Of a stretch of DNA of 64,000 nt, positions 43,484 through 53,430 are shown one piece after another (the stretch's first letter is position 1; the number at the start of each line of letters is the position of its first letter). A model generated the notes under the pieces. It had not been told where the DNA came from. It did not search any database and saw only the letters and a list, made by a program, of their open reading frames with translations. Source of the stretch: Methylobacteriaceae bacterium (GTDB lineage: Bacteria > Pseudomonadota > Alphaproteobacteria > Rhizobiales > Beijerinckiaceae); assembly GCA_016793505.1 (NCBI GenBank), contig JAEULW010000160.1, forward strand, positions 4,756-68,755, read 5' to 3'. A program made the position numbers and the translations under genes.

Positions 43484-44473
43484 TTATCCCAGACGGTCGA
43501 GAATTTGCTCGGCGGTTCCGCGCCGAATCAGCGCCTTCTGTTCTGGCGTAAGGCGCGCATCGTCGATGGCGCGCAGCGCCGGTTCGGGAGCGAAGATCGG
43601 GTAGTCCGTGCCGAACATGACGCGATCGGCGCCGAACGTTTCCACGGCGAGTTCGAGCGCGCGGGGCCCGAGCGAGGCGCAATCATACACCATGCCGCGC
43701 AAAGCCCGACGCGGGAAGGGTGTGTGCGGCGGCCGCGACAGCGCGACAGCCTCGAGGCGCTCGAGAACGAAGGGGATGGTTCCCCCGAGATTGACGATCT
43801 GGAAGGCGATGTTGGGATAGGCTTCGGCGAGGCCGTCGGCGATGATCGTCATCGCCATGTGCGCAAGGCTCGCCTGCAGATTCAGCACGGACGCGCGATA
43901 CACCGCAGCGTCGGCCGGCGGAGCCGGCGGCGGCTCGCCACACATCAGGCCGGGATGGATCATCAGCAGCGCGCCACATGCGTCGGCCGCCTGGAAAACC
44001 GGCGCCAGCGACCGCGCGCTTTCCACCGACAGGAAGTAGTTGCCGGGCAGAATAGCGCCGACGAGGCGTAGCTCGCGGCGCGCGCGCTGCATCTCCCGGG
44101 CGGCGCGCCGGATGTCCGCGAGCGGCAGGCCTGCGAGGCCGACGAAGCGTCCGGACGATCGCGCGCAGATCGCGGCGAGGCCGGTGTTGAAGTCGGCGAT
44201 CGGCGCGGCGACTTCTTCGATCGGTAGAACATCGACGCCGAGAGCGCCCGGAAAGGTGAGAAGCTGCATCGCGATGCCGGCGCCGTTCATCCAGGAGAGG
44301 CGGGCGTCGATATCGACATAGCCAGGCGTCATCACGGTCGAGGCGGTCATGGCGTTGAGGACGAGCCGTCCCTGCGCGTCGCGCGAGACAAAGGGACGGC
44401 GCTCGCGCCGCATCAGATCGTCGACAAGGCCGCCGTAAAAGTGGGCGTGCATGTCGATCGCGCCGGCTGTCAT
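43484..44473 (-). CDS. Amidohydrolase-2 (ACMSD-like) family metal-dependent hydrolase/decarboxylase
   Basis: IDMHAHF N-terminal metal motif, internal MIHPG, and C-terminal FGTDYP. Confidence 0.65.
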   Translation of the reverse strand: MTAGAIDMHAHFYGGLVDDLMRRERRPFVSRDAQGRLVLNAMTASTVMTPGYVDIDARLSWMNGAGIAMQLLTFPGALGVDVLPIEEVAAPIADFNTGLAAICARSSGRFVGLAGLPLADIRRAAREMQRARRELRLVGAILPGNYFLSVESARSLAPVFQAADACGALLMIHPGLMCGEPPPAPPADAAVYRASVLNLQASLAHMAMTIIADGLAEAYPNIAFQIVNLGGTIPFVLERLEAVALSRPPHTPFPRRALRGMVYDCASLGPRALELAVETFGADRVMFGTDYPIFAPEPALRAIDDARLTPEQKALIRRGTAEQILDRLG

Positions 44474-45243
44474 GGCGCTGCGCCTCGCATCAGCATGTGG
44501 CCGCCATCATAGACCAGCTTCGCGCCGGTCACGAGCATCAGGCTGTAGATGACACCGAAGAACCGGTCGGGCGGCAATCTGCGCACCAGCCAGACGCCGA
44601 ACAGCGTCGCGGCGACGGCAAGGGGGGCGAGGACGAGCGCGGCGAGCAGCGTCTGACGATCCAGCAGCCCGAGCCCGGCGAAGAACGGCGCCTTCATCAG
44701 GTTGACGATGGCGAAATACCAGGCCGCCGTCCCGGCCATGGCGTCGCGCGAAAGACCGCGCGAGAGAATCCATATCTGCAAGGGCGGACCACCAGCGTGG
44801 CTGACTTGGCTGGCGAAGCCGGACAAAGCGCCCCAGACCGCCCCAGCCACCGGGCCGGACGCCCAGCGCGTGCGGGCGAGACGTGGTCCGAAGCCGGCGA
44901 GCGCGTTGACCGCGAAAGCGAGCGCGATGACTCCGATGACGATGCGGATCGCAGCATCAGACACATAGGCGGCGGTCGCCGCGCCAAGCGCGACGCCGAG
45001 GAAAGCGCCAGGCGCGAGAATGCGCAATGACTTCGAATCATAGTCGCGGCGATAGGCCCACAGCGAAACTACATCCTGAAGGATCAGGATCGGCAGCATG
45101 ATCGCCGCGGCGCGGGCCGGCGCCATGACCAGCGAGAGAATGCTCATGCCAAGAATGACGAGACCGGCAAAACCGCCCTTGGCCAGACCGACAAGAATGG
45201 TGGCGAGGCTCGCCGCGCTCCAGAACAGAGCATCGTCCGGCAC
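44470..45243 (-). CDS. TauE/SafE-family anion exporter
   Basis: GTG 45243 lies 5 nt after the soxG stop. About 8 TM helices with LAKGGFAG and GGPPLQIW segments. Its stop overlaps the amidohydrolase ATG (ATGA). Confidence 0.65.
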   Translation of the reverse strand: MPDDALFWSAASLATILVGLAKGGFAGLVILGMSILSLVMAPARAAAIMLPILILQDVVSLWAYRRDYDSKSLRILAPGAFLGVALGAATAAYVSDAAIRIVIGVIALAFAVNALAGFGPRLARTRWASGPVAGAVWGALSGFASQVSHAGGPPLQIWILSRGLSRDAMAGTAAWYFAIVNLMKAPFFAGLGLLDRQTLLAALVLAPLAVAATLFGVWLVRRLPPDRFFGVIYSLMLVTGAKLVYDGGHMLMRGAAP

Positions 45244-45248
45244 GTCGG

Positions 45249-45824
45249 TCAGGCCGCCGGAGGCGGCGCGCGCATGACGCCGGGCGCCTCGTCGCCATCC
45301 GCCTCGCCGGCGGCGACGCGCAGCCAGTTCTCGACATAGCCGGCGTATGAGGCGTCGACGAGGATGTCGAAACAGTGCGGCTGGGCGGCGCGACGCTCGA
45401 AGATCACTGTTGCGTCCCACAGGCGAGCGCCAGTGGCGGCGCCCTGCGGAAACGCTGGGAGGCCGAGATCGAGCGGGGCGCCCTGACGCAACACATCGAG
45501 GGCGCCTGGTCCCGAGACGCAAAATATCGCAGTCATGTCGCTGACGAGCGCGCAATTGGCGGTCGGAACGGCGGCAAAGGCGCTGTCCAATGCGGCGCGC
45601 AGTTCCTGCTCTAGCGCAAGCGGCGCGCGGATGACGATGCGCTTTGCGCCGAGGCGCAGCAGATTGCAGCCTTGCGCGTCACGCGCCATGCGATGCGTCT
45701 GCTCCGGCCATGCGAGGCCTGCGGCGCGGCAGGCCGCCTCGAGTTCCGAGGCGGGTCCGCGCGCCTCGAACACAGCTTCCATGAGTCGGCGCTCGATCCG
45801 GACATCATAGCGCTGCGTGGTCAT
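45249..45824 (-). CDS. soxG: Sarcosine oxidase gamma subunit
   Basis: About 190 aa, following soxA with an ATGA overlap. Confidence 0.75.
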   Translation of the reverse strand: MTTQRYDVRIERRLMEAVFEARGPASELEAACRAAGLAWPEQTHRMARDAQGCNLLRLGAKRIVIRAPLALEQELRAALDSAFAAVPTANCALVSDMTAIFCVSGPGALDVLRQGAPLDLGLPAFPQGAATGARLWDATVIFERRAAQPHCFDILVDASYAGYVENWLRVAAGEADGDEAPGVMRAPPPAA

Positions 45825-48745
45825 GACTTCACCCTCTGGCGATCGGCGTCATGGAACACCGGATCGACGACGCGCAGCGCAATCGTCTCGCCGCGCACAT
45901 GCGCATGCACGGTCTGCCCGCGCCGCGCGCGGCCATCGCGCAACAGGCCGAGTGCGACAACGCGACCGAGCGCCACGCTGGCGACGCAAGCCGAGACGAA
46001 TCCTTCCTGATCCGTCCCGCCGATCGGGACGATCGGCGCGCCCTCCGGAATTTTCCTTTGCGGATCGTCGGGCAGGAAGCCGACCAGTTCCGGGCGCACG
46101 GGATCGGTGCGCCGGCGAATTTCCATGGCGCGTTTGCCGATGAAGTCCGTCTTGTTGCGCGACACGATGGCGCCGAGACCGAGATCGTAGACGTCAGCTG
46201 TACCGTCGACCTCGTGACCGATGGAGATGTAGCCGGCCTCGACACGCAGAATGTGATTGGCTTCGGATCCGACTGGCGCAATGCCGAACGGAGCGCCAGC
46301 AGTCATGACGCGGCGCCACAGCTCTTCGGCATGACGGGCCGGCGTGTTCAGCTCGAAGCTCGCCTCGCCAGTCCAGCTGACGCGAAAAACCCGCACAGGG
46401 ATATCGCCGAGACGACCTTCAGCCATACCCATGAAAGGCAGGGCGTCGCGCGAGATGTCGAAGTCCGGATCGAGACATGCGAGCGCCTCGCGCGCGCGGG
46501 GGCCGCAGATCGCGACGTTCGCCCATTGGGAAGTCACCGGAATGACGCTGACGCGCCAGTGCGGGCGGTGAATCTGCAGCACCTGCTCGAGATGTGCATA
46601 GACGCGATCCGCCGCGCCGGTCGAGGCGTGCAGCAGCCATTCTCTGTCGTTCAAACGGAAGGTGACGCCGTCATCGAGCACCAACCCGTCATCCGACATC
46701 ATCACGCCATACTTGCCGCGGCCGGGGCGTAGTTTGCCGAAGTCGCCGACATAGACCAGATCGAGCAGCGCCGCCGCGTCAGGCCCTTTGATCAGGAGTT
46801 TTCCGAGGGGCGCGCCGTCATACACGCCGACCGCCTCACGGACAGCGCGCGCTTCGCGCTGCGCCGCAGCTTCCCAGTTCTCGCCGGGCTTGGAATAGTA
46901 GCCCGGCCTCTGCCAGCGCAGGCCGGCCTCGTACATGACTGCGCCATTCGCCAGATGCCAGCGCGTCAACGGCGTGTGCCGCCATGGGTATAGCCGGGCG
47001 CCTCGACGTTGGCCGGCGATCGCGCCGAATTCTACGGGCGCATAGGGCGGCCGAAACGTCGTCACGCCGACCGCATCGACAGACTTGCCGGCCATCGCCG
47101 CGACGACGCCGATGACGTTCACATTGCCGGTCTTGCCCTGGTCCACGCCCATGCCGGCGGTCGTGTAGCGTTTGACGAGCTCGATGGAATCGTAGCCCTC
47201 GCGGAGGGCGAGGGCGAGATCGGCCGTGGTCACATCGCCGGACAGGTCGACGAACGTCTTGCCCCGGACTTTGCCGGGCTGAGGCCATGAGGGCGCGACG
47301 CTCTGCGCTACGAACGCGTCCGCCAGCTCTGGCGGCGGCGCCGGATCCACGGTGCGCCCCAATGCAAGAAGCGCAGATCGCGCCGCCTCTGCGCCGTCGG
47401 CCGCGCAGTCGGACGCAGCGAAGACGCCTGCCGCCGCGCCTGCGACGCGCAGCGGCGCGTCGGTCTCGCATCGCGCCACAAAGGAGGAGATCTCGTCATT
47501 CCACACCGATGTTGCCCGCCGCGACTGCGAGGCAAGATGGTAAGCAGGATTCCAGCCGCCGGAGACGGCGATCAGGTCGCATGCAATGCGTCGCGACCTG
47601 CCGTCCGCCAGCATGATGTCGGCGCCTGACACGCGGCGACGGCCGCGCGCAGCGACGATGCGCGATCCCGGCAGCACGTCGACGCCCGAATCCTTCGCGG
47701 CGTCGAGACAGGATTGGGCCGGCGCCGAGCGCGTATCGACGATCGCGACATCCGCGCCGGCGGCCGCCAGCGTCACCGCGGCGCCGTAGGCGGAATCGTT
47801 GTTCGTGCAAACGAGAATGCGCTCCCCACACAAGACCCCGTGACGCATAAGATGGCTGCGCGCGGCGGAGGCCAGCATGATTCCCGGACGATCATTGTCG
47901 GCAAAGAGCAGACCGCGCTCGTGCGCGCCTGTCGCAACCAGCACTTGGCGCGCGCGAATCTTCCAGTTGCGGAAGTCGAGGCCGGCGCCGTCGCGCGGCG
48001 CGCGCTCCAGCACGGCGAGCAAATTGTGCTCGTGCAGCGCCCAGACCGTCGATCGGCGCAAGATCTTCAGGTTCGGGAGGCTGGTGAAGGCTTGCGAGAG
48101 GCCGTTGACCCAGCCCGTCGCGTCGGCGCAATCGATGGACAGACGGCCGCCTGGCTCATCGCCATCGTCGACCAGGATTGTCTCTGCGCCGGCTTGCGCG
48201 GCCGTCAAGGCCGCCGCGAGACCGGCCGGCCCTGCGCCGGCGATCAGGAGTTCGCAGTCGCCAAAGCGGCTCTCGCAGACGGGTCGCCAGGCTTCTTGCG
48301 GCACACTGCCGAGGCCGGCCGCGGCGCGGACGAAAGGCTCGAACAGGCGCCAGTTCGGCCGCATGAAGGTCTTGTAGTAGAAGCCCGCCGGCAGCAGCGG
48401 CGCGAAGAACTGGGCGAGCGCGCCGAGATCGCGACTGGCGTCGGGAAACGTCGAGACGCTGCGATAGGCGGCGCCGTCCTCGATCGCCGTCACTGTCGCG
48501 AGTTGATTGGCGGCCGGACGCGGCGCCAGCCGATCGACCATGACTGCGTCGTCGTAACCCGCCCCGAAAACGCCGCGTGGGCGGTGCAATTTGAAGCTGC
48601 GGGCGATGAGAAGCTCATCCTGCGCAAGCAGCGCAGAGGCGAGCGTATCGCCAGCGTAGCCGCGGAAGGGCCGGCGGTCGAATGTGAAGGCGATCTCGCG
48701 CGAGCGATCGATCGCGCTGCCGCCAGCGACGCGACGGGCGCTCAT
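45821..48745 (-). CDS. soxA: Sarcosine oxidase alpha subunit
   Basis: Internal ATG 48745 (MSARRVAGGSAIDRSREIAFTFDRRPFRGYAGDTLASALL...) overlaps the soxD stop (ATGA). About 975 aa with a C-terminal GcvT-like folate-binding domain. Confidence 0.9.
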   Translation of the reverse strand: MSARRVAGGSAIDRSREIAFTFDRRPFRGYAGDTLASALLAQDELLIARSFKLHRPRGVFGAGYDDAVMVDRLAPRPAANQLATVTAIEDGAAYRSVSTFPDASRDLGALAQFFAPLLPAGFYYKTFMRPNWRLFEPFVRAAAGLGSVPQEAWRPVCESRFGDCELLIAGAGPAGLAAALTAAQAGAETILVDDGDEPGGRLSIDCADATGWVNGLSQAFTSLPNLKILRRSTVWALHEHNLLAVLERAPRDGAGLDFRNWKIRARQVLVATGAHERGLLFADNDRPGIMLASAARSHLMRHGVLCGERILVCTNNDSAYGAAVTLAAAGADVAIVDTRSAPAQSCLDAAKDSGVDVLPGSRIVAARGRRRVSGADIMLADGRSRRIACDLIAVSGGWNPAYHLASQSRRATSVWNDEISSFVARCETDAPLRVAGAAAGVFAASDCAADGAEAARSALLALGRTVDPAPPPELADAFVAQSVAPSWPQPGKVRGKTFVDLSGDVTTADLALALREGYDSIELVKRYTTAGMGVDQGKTGNVNVIGVVAAMAGKSVDAVGVTTFRPPYAPVEFGAIAGQRRGARLYPWRHTPLTRWHLANGAVMYEAGLRWQRPGYYSKPGENWEAAAQREARAVREAVGVYDGAPLGKLLIKGPDAAALLDLVYVGDFGKLRPGRGKYGVMMSDDGLVLDDGVTFRLNDREWLLHASTGAADRVYAHLEQVLQIHRPHWRVSVIPVTSQWANVAICGPRAREALACLDPDFDISRDALPFMGMAEGRLGDIPVRVFRVSWTGEASFELNTPARHAEELWRRVMTAGAPFGIAPVGSEANHILRVEAGYISIGHEVDGTADVYDLGLGAIVSRNKTDFIGKRAMEIRRRTDPVRPELVGFLPDDPQRKIPEGAPIVPIGGTDQEGFVSACVASVALGRVVALGLLRDGRARRGQTVHAHVRGETIALRVVDPVFHDADRQRVKS

Positions 48746-49002
48746 CGCCAGGCATCCTGCGCGTTTGCGGACACCGCATGGGTGAGGGTATCGCGGCTCA
48801 GCGCGAAGATCATACCGCAGCACGCAAAGTGCCACCAGCGCTCGACGTGCTGGCCACGCCTGTTGGCGCGTTCGTGGATGTAACCGGCCCATTGCGCGTC
48901 GTCGAGCGTGGCGGGCTCGGGTCGTGACGTCACGGCTTCGCCGAGACACTGGAACTCGTTTTCAGGCCGGACGCCGCAGTCGGGACAGGGAATAAGCAAC
49001 AT
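48742..49002 (-). CDS. soxD: Sarcosine oxidase delta subunit
   Basis: MLLIPCPDCGVRPENEFQCLGEA..., 86 aa, zinc-ribbon type. Confidence 0.9.
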   Translation of the reverse strand: MLLIPCPDCGVRPENEFQCLGEAVTSRPEPATLDDAQWAGYIHERANRRGQHVERWWHFACCGMIFALSRDTLTHAVSANAQDAWR

Positions 49003-49012
49003 GCTGTACGTC

Positions 49013-50260
49013 CTAGCGCTGCGCCACGGTGCCGGCCTCGAGCAGATAACGCAGTCCGCCGAAGCGCCCGAGCGTGAAGGCCTCGGCCAAAGCGTGTGGA
49101 CGTCCCGTCGCGATGAGGTGCGCGAATGTCAGACCGCCGATCGGGATCGATTTGAAGCCGCCATACCAGCCGGTACTGACGAACAGGCCGTCGCGGGGCG
49201 TCGCCGAAATGATGGGGCTCGCATCGTAGGCGAATTCGATGGCGCCGCCCCACTGCCTGAGCATCTTGAGCGCGCCGAAGCGCGGGAAGACCTCGATCAG
49301 CGAGGCGACGACGTCTTCGAACGTCGCGAAATGGCAGCCTTGTCGATAGGAAGGATAGGGGTCCGTTCCGCCGCCGATCACCAGCTCGCCCTTGTCGGAT
49401 TGCATCACGTAGAGCCCGACATCGGGACAATTGACGATGACGTCAATAATGGGCTTCACCGGCTCGGAGACGAAGGCCTGAAGGTTGCGCGTGACCAGCG
49501 GCAAGGTCAGACCGGCGCGCGCGATGACGTGGCTGGTGTTGCCGGCCGTCGCCAACGCCACCTTGCCCGCGCGAACGACGCCGCGGCTGGTCTCGACACC
49601 GACGACGGCGCCGCGCGCATCGGAGAGAAAGCCGGTCACCTCAGTGTGCTGATGAATCTCGACGCCGCGGGCGTCGGCGGCGCGCGCATAGGACCAAGCG
49701 ACGGCGTCGTGCCGGGCCATAGCGCCTTCCGGATGCAAGACTCCGGCGAGCGGAGGCAGCCTGACATTCTGAAGGTCGCCCATCGCCGGAATGCGACGGC
49801 GCAATTCGTCGACTGAGATCAGCTGATAAGTCGGACCATGCAGCGCCATGGCGAGGGAACGGCGACGCAGATCGCGCAATTTGCCCCAGCTCTGGACGAG
49901 ATCGATCATGCTGCGCTGGCTGAAAAGGATATTGTAGTTCAGCTCAGCGGACATCTGCTCGTAAAGCTTGACCGAGGCGTCGTGAAACCGGATCGACACG
50001 TCGCGCAGATAGTTCGAGCGGATCGTATGCGTGTTGCGCGCGGTATTGCCGCCGCCGAGCCAGCCTTTCTCGATCACGGCGACATTCGAGACGCCGTGCT
50101 CCTTGGCCAGATGGTAGGCCGTGGAGAGGCCGTGGCCGCCCGCGCCGACGATGACGACGTCGTAGGATGGCCGCAACGGCGGGCTGCGCCAGGCGCGCGC
50201 CCAATCCTGGTGTCGGGTCAGCGCGTTACGCGCCAGAGTGAAAAACGAATAGCGCTGCAT
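49013..50260 (-). CDS. soxB: Sarcosine oxidase beta subunit
   Basis: MQRYSFFTLARNALTRHQDWARAW...VVIVGAGGHGLSTAYHLA. ATG 50284 is an alternative start. Confidence 0.9.
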   Translation of the reverse strand: MQRYSFFTLARNALTRHQDWARAWRSPPLRPSYDVVIVGAGGHGLSTAYHLAKEHGVSNVAVIEKGWLGGGNTARNTHTIRSNYLRDVSIRFHDASVKLYEQMSAELNYNILFSQRSMIDLVQSWGKLRDLRRRSLAMALHGPTYQLISVDELRRRIPAMGDLQNVRLPPLAGVLHPEGAMARHDAVAWSYARAADARGVEIHQHTEVTGFLSDARGAVVGVETSRGVVRAGKVALATAGNTSHVIARAGLTLPLVTRNLQAFVSEPVKPIIDVIVNCPDVGLYVMQSDKGELVIGGGTDPYPSYRQGCHFATFEDVVASLIEVFPRFGALKMLRQWGGAIEFAYDASPIISATPRDGLFVSTGWYGGFKSIPIGGLTFAHLIATGRPHALAEAFTLGRFGGLRYLLEAGTVAQR

Positions 50261-50291
50261 CAGGCGCAAGGTTCCAAAGCCCATAAGATTA

Positions 50292-50301
50292 TTGAATTCA
50301 A
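50292..50301. promoter_or_regulatory. Perfect 10-bp palindrome TTGAATTCAA in the soxB / LysR divergent intergenic region (candidate LysR operator)
   Basis: Read directly from the sequence. It sits in an AT-rich stretch (ATTATTGAATTCAAATTCGAAAAG) between two divergent starts. Confidence 0.4.
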
Positions 50302-50345
50302 ATTCGAAAAGATGCAAGCTGCGTTATGTGTCGCGCGCGCCGGCC

Positions 50346-51272
50346 ATGGCTCTGACGTTCAAGCAGCTCGAGGCGTTCCGGGCGGTCATCGCGGCTGGAA
50401 GCGTCACACGGGCGGCGGCTGCGCTGCGTGTCTCCCAACCAGCGATCAGCCGGCTGCTGGCCGAGATGGAGCAGCAGGCGGGATTTGCGCTGTTCGTCCG
50501 CTCGTCGCGCAGTTTGTCGCCGACTGCGCGGGCCCGCGCGCTACATGCCGAGGTCGAGCGCAGTTTCGTCGGGTTTCGACGGATCGAGTCGGTGATCATG
50601 GCGTTGCGCGAGCGGGGCGAGGGGCAATTGCGTCTCGCCGTCGTGCCAAGTCTGGCATCTATCGTCAGCAGTCGGCTGATCGGACCATTCGTCGAACGCC
50701 ATCCGCAGGCGTCGGTGTCGCTCGAAATCGTGGCGACGCTGAACGCACTCGACTGGCGGTCCACGGGCGCCGTCGATCTCGGCGTGACCTTCGAGCCGAC
50801 CACCGCGCCGGGCGTCCACAGCGTCCGGATCGGGCGGACTGAGGCCGTCTGCGTGACGCCGGTCGGGCATCCACTGACGCGGCTCGGCCGTGATGTGCGT
50901 CCGCAGGACTTGCGAGGCGCGACCTTTGTCTCTTATCAGAGCGACTCGCTTTTCCGCGGCGAGGTCGATCGCCTCTTTGCAGCCCGTGATGTGCGCCGCG
51001 ACATGCGCCTCGACGCCCGAACCACAGCCGCTGTCTGCGAACTGGTGGCGGCGACGGGCGGCGTGGCGATCGCGCCCTGCCCAGGCCCGGACATCGTTGC
51101 GGATGCGCGGCTCGCGCTGCTTCGCTTTCGACCGCGCATGGCCTCGCAAGTGACGATCGTGACGCCTTCCGGCGCGACGCCGTCTCTCGTCCAGTCGTTC
51201 ATTGCGCATGCATGCGCCGAGAAAGTCGATTTCGCCGGCGATCTTCCTATCCGACGCAGCAGGGCGGCATGA
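50346..51272 (+). CDS. LysR-family transcriptional regulator
   Basis: MALTFKQLEAFRAVIAAGSVTRAAAALRVSQPAISRLL. Confidence 0.9.
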   Translation: MALTFKQLEAFRAVIAAGSVTRAAAALRVSQPAISRLLAEMEQQAGFALFVRSSRSLSPTARARALHAEVERSFVGFRRIESVIMALRERGEGQLRLAVVPSLASIVSSRLIGPFVERHPQASVSLEIVATLNALDWRSTGAVDLGVTFEPTTAPGVHSVRIGRTEAVCVTPVGHPLTRLGRDVRPQDLRGATFVSYQSDSLFRGEVDRLFAARDVRRDMRLDARTTAAVCELVAATGGVAIAPCPGPDIVADARLALLRFRPRMASQVTIVTPSGATPSLVQSFIAHACAEKVDFAGDLPIRRSRAA

Positions 51273-52369
51273 TGAACCAGCGCGGCTTCATTCGACCTGC
51301 GGTCGACCGCATTCCGGCGTTCGGCGGCGTGCCGACCTGCGACACGGCAGGCATGGCCGGCCAAGCGTTTCTGCACCTGAACGAATGCCCCTATCCGCCT
51401 TCGCCGCGCGTCGTGGAGGCCATCACGCACGGCGCGGCCGGCGTCAATCGGTATGGAGAGCCCCGTCCGCAATTGCTGGCCGAGCGCCTTGCGCAACTTG
51501 CGGGCGTTGAGGCGGACCGCATTGTGATTGGCAACGGATCGGACGAGGTGCTGGCGATGATCGCGAGCGCGACGCTCGAGGCGGGGGATGTCGCCGTTGC
51601 GCCGACGCCGTCCTTTCCGAGATACAGGATTTCCGCCGCGATCCAGGGTGCGCAGACGCGACTGGTGAAGTTGCTCTTGGACGGGCGCAACGATGTGGCC
51701 GGACTTCTTGGCGCGATCGACGGGGCGACACGCGTCGTCTATTGCTGCACGCCGAACAATCCCAGCGGCGCGCCGCTCGAGCCGGAGGAGATCGCGCATT
51801 TGTGCGAGCGCGTTCCCGCAGACGTGCTGCTCGTCGTCGACGAGGCCTATGCCGAATTCCATCGACATGAAGGCGGAGTCGATGCGTTGCCGGCGCTGGC
51901 GCGGCGAAACGGACCATGGGCGTCTGTGCGCACCTTTTCCAAGGCCTATGCTCTGGCTGGACTCAGACTCGGCTATGCGATCGTTTCCGACGGCGCCATC
52001 GCCGCAGCTCTGACCAAGGTCAAGCTCAACTTCAATCTCAGCCGTATCGCGGTGCAGGCGGGACTTGCGGCGCTGGACGACAAGGAATATGCGGACGGTC
52101 TCATCGCTGCGATGGTCGTGGAACGTGAACGTCTGGCCGGGTCTTTGGCCGCGATGGGCTTTGCGCCCTTGCCGTCGCGGGCCAATTTCGTTTCCTTCGA
52201 TCTCCGCCGCCCAGCGATGCCGGTGATGGCGGCGATGGCTCGGCGCGGCGTTCTCGTCCGGGAATGGCGCGATCCGGGCTATGAAACGTACATTCGGTTC
52301 AGCGTCGGTCTGCCGGCGGAGAACGATCGCGCGGTTGCTGCGCTGCGGCTTGCACTCGGGGAAGCATGA
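51269..52369 (+). CDS. Class II pyridoxal-phosphate aminotransferase (histidinol-phosphate aminotransferase-like)
   Basis: Overlaps the LysR stop. NPNNPSG-like CTPNNPSG, DEAYAEF, and the TFSKAYALAGLRLGY lysine motif. Confidence 0.8.
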   Translation: MMNQRGFIRPAVDRIPAFGGVPTCDTAGMAGQAFLHLNECPYPPSPRVVEAITHGAAGVNRYGEPRPQLLAERLAQLAGVEADRIVIGNGSDEVLAMIASATLEAGDVAVAPTPSFPRYRISAAIQGAQTRLVKLLLDGRNDVAGLLGAIDGATRVVYCCTPNNPSGAPLEPEEIAHLCERVPADVLLVVDEAYAEFHRHEGGVDALPALARRNGPWASVRTFSKAYALAGLRLGYAIVSDGAIAAALTKVKLNFNLSRIAVQAGLAALDDKEYADGLIAAMVVERERLAGSLAAMGFAPLPSRANFVSFDLRRPAMPVMAAMARRGVLVREWRDPGYETYIRFSVGLPAENDRAVAALRLALGEA

Positions 52370-52373
52370 CACG

Positions 52374-53426
52374 ATGACGGCGCAGGCGTCGCCCGCGAGT
52401 TGGCTGGAGACCTGGCGAGGGCGAGCGCCGGGTCTGGCGCTGGCGCTCGCGGTTGCGCTCATGTCCGTCGTCGCCGCGCCGGTGGTCAAAGCGGCCAGCC
52501 ATGGCCTCATTGCTTTGCCGGACATGGTGATGGCGCTGATTCTCGGCATCGCCTTGCACCGGGCGGCGCTGACGCCGCTGTTCCAGGCCGGGCTGACCTA
52601 TGCGGTGAAGACCCTGCTGCGCTACGCGATCGCACTGCTCGGCCTGCGCATCGCGCTCGGCGACATCATTGGTCTTGGGGCGGGGGTCGTCGCCGTGGTG
52701 ATCGCGGCCATGGCGATCACGCTCGTGAGCGGCGTCGTGCTGGCGCGGCTCGTCGGGCGGGAGACCGGGCTGGGGGCGCTGGCAGGCGCGGCGAACGCCG
52801 TCTGCGGCGCCTCGGCGACGCTCGCGACGGCCACCGTCGTGCCGGACTACAAGTCCAAGCATGCCGACATCGCCTTCACCGTGGTGATGGCGAATGCGAT
52901 CTCGACGCTCGCCATGCTGGCCTATCCGCCGCTCTGCGCCTGGCTCGGGCTTTCGCCGCGTCAGACAGGCGTGATGTTCGGCGTGACGATCCAGGACATG
53001 GCGCAGGTCGTCGGGGCGGGCTATGCGGTGTCGGATCCAGTCGGCGATGTTGCGGTCATCGTCAAGCTGTTCCGCGTTCTGCTGCTCCTGCCTGTGGTGT
53101 TGGCGATCGGCGCCTGGTTCGCGCGGCGCGGCTCGCCAACGGGGGAGGCGCGGGTGCCGGCGCCGCTGTTCGCAGCGGCGTTCATCGCGCTTGCCATCGT
53201 CAACACCATTGTCGGCGGCACGTCTCTGGCCGCCAGCTTCGCGCCGCTGAAGGCGACTCTCATCGAGGCGTCGCGGTGGGGATTGCTCGTCGCCATCGCG
53301 GCGCTGGGGCTCGGCACGTCGGTGGCCTCGCTCGCCGCCGTAGGCTGGCGACATCTCGCGGTCTTTTGCGGCGCTGCGCTGGTCGTTCTGGCGATCGGCC
53401 TCGGCGGCGCGATGCTCGTCGGATGA
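52374..53426 (+). CDS. YeiH/UPF0324-family membrane protein (putative sulfate/anion exporter)
   Basis: About 350 aa and polytopic. AVCGASATLA and the overall pattern are typical of YeiH. Confidence 0.65.
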   Translation: MTAQASPASWLETWRGRAPGLALALAVALMSVVAAPVVKAASHGLIALPDMVMALILGIALHRAALTPLFQAGLTYAVKTLLRYAIALLGLRIALGDIIGLGAGVVAVVIAAMAITLVSGVVLARLVGRETGLGALAGAANAVCGASATLATATVVPDYKSKHADIAFTVVMANAISTLAMLAYPPLCAWLGLSPRQTGVMFGVTIQDMAQVVGAGYAVSDPVGDVAVIVKLFRVLLLLPVVLAIGAWFARRGSPTGEARVPAPLFAAAFIALAIVNTIVGGTSLAASFAPLKATLIEASRWGLLVAIAALGLGTSVASLAAVGWRHLAVFCGAALVVLAIGLGGAMLVG

Positions 53427-53430
53427 CGGG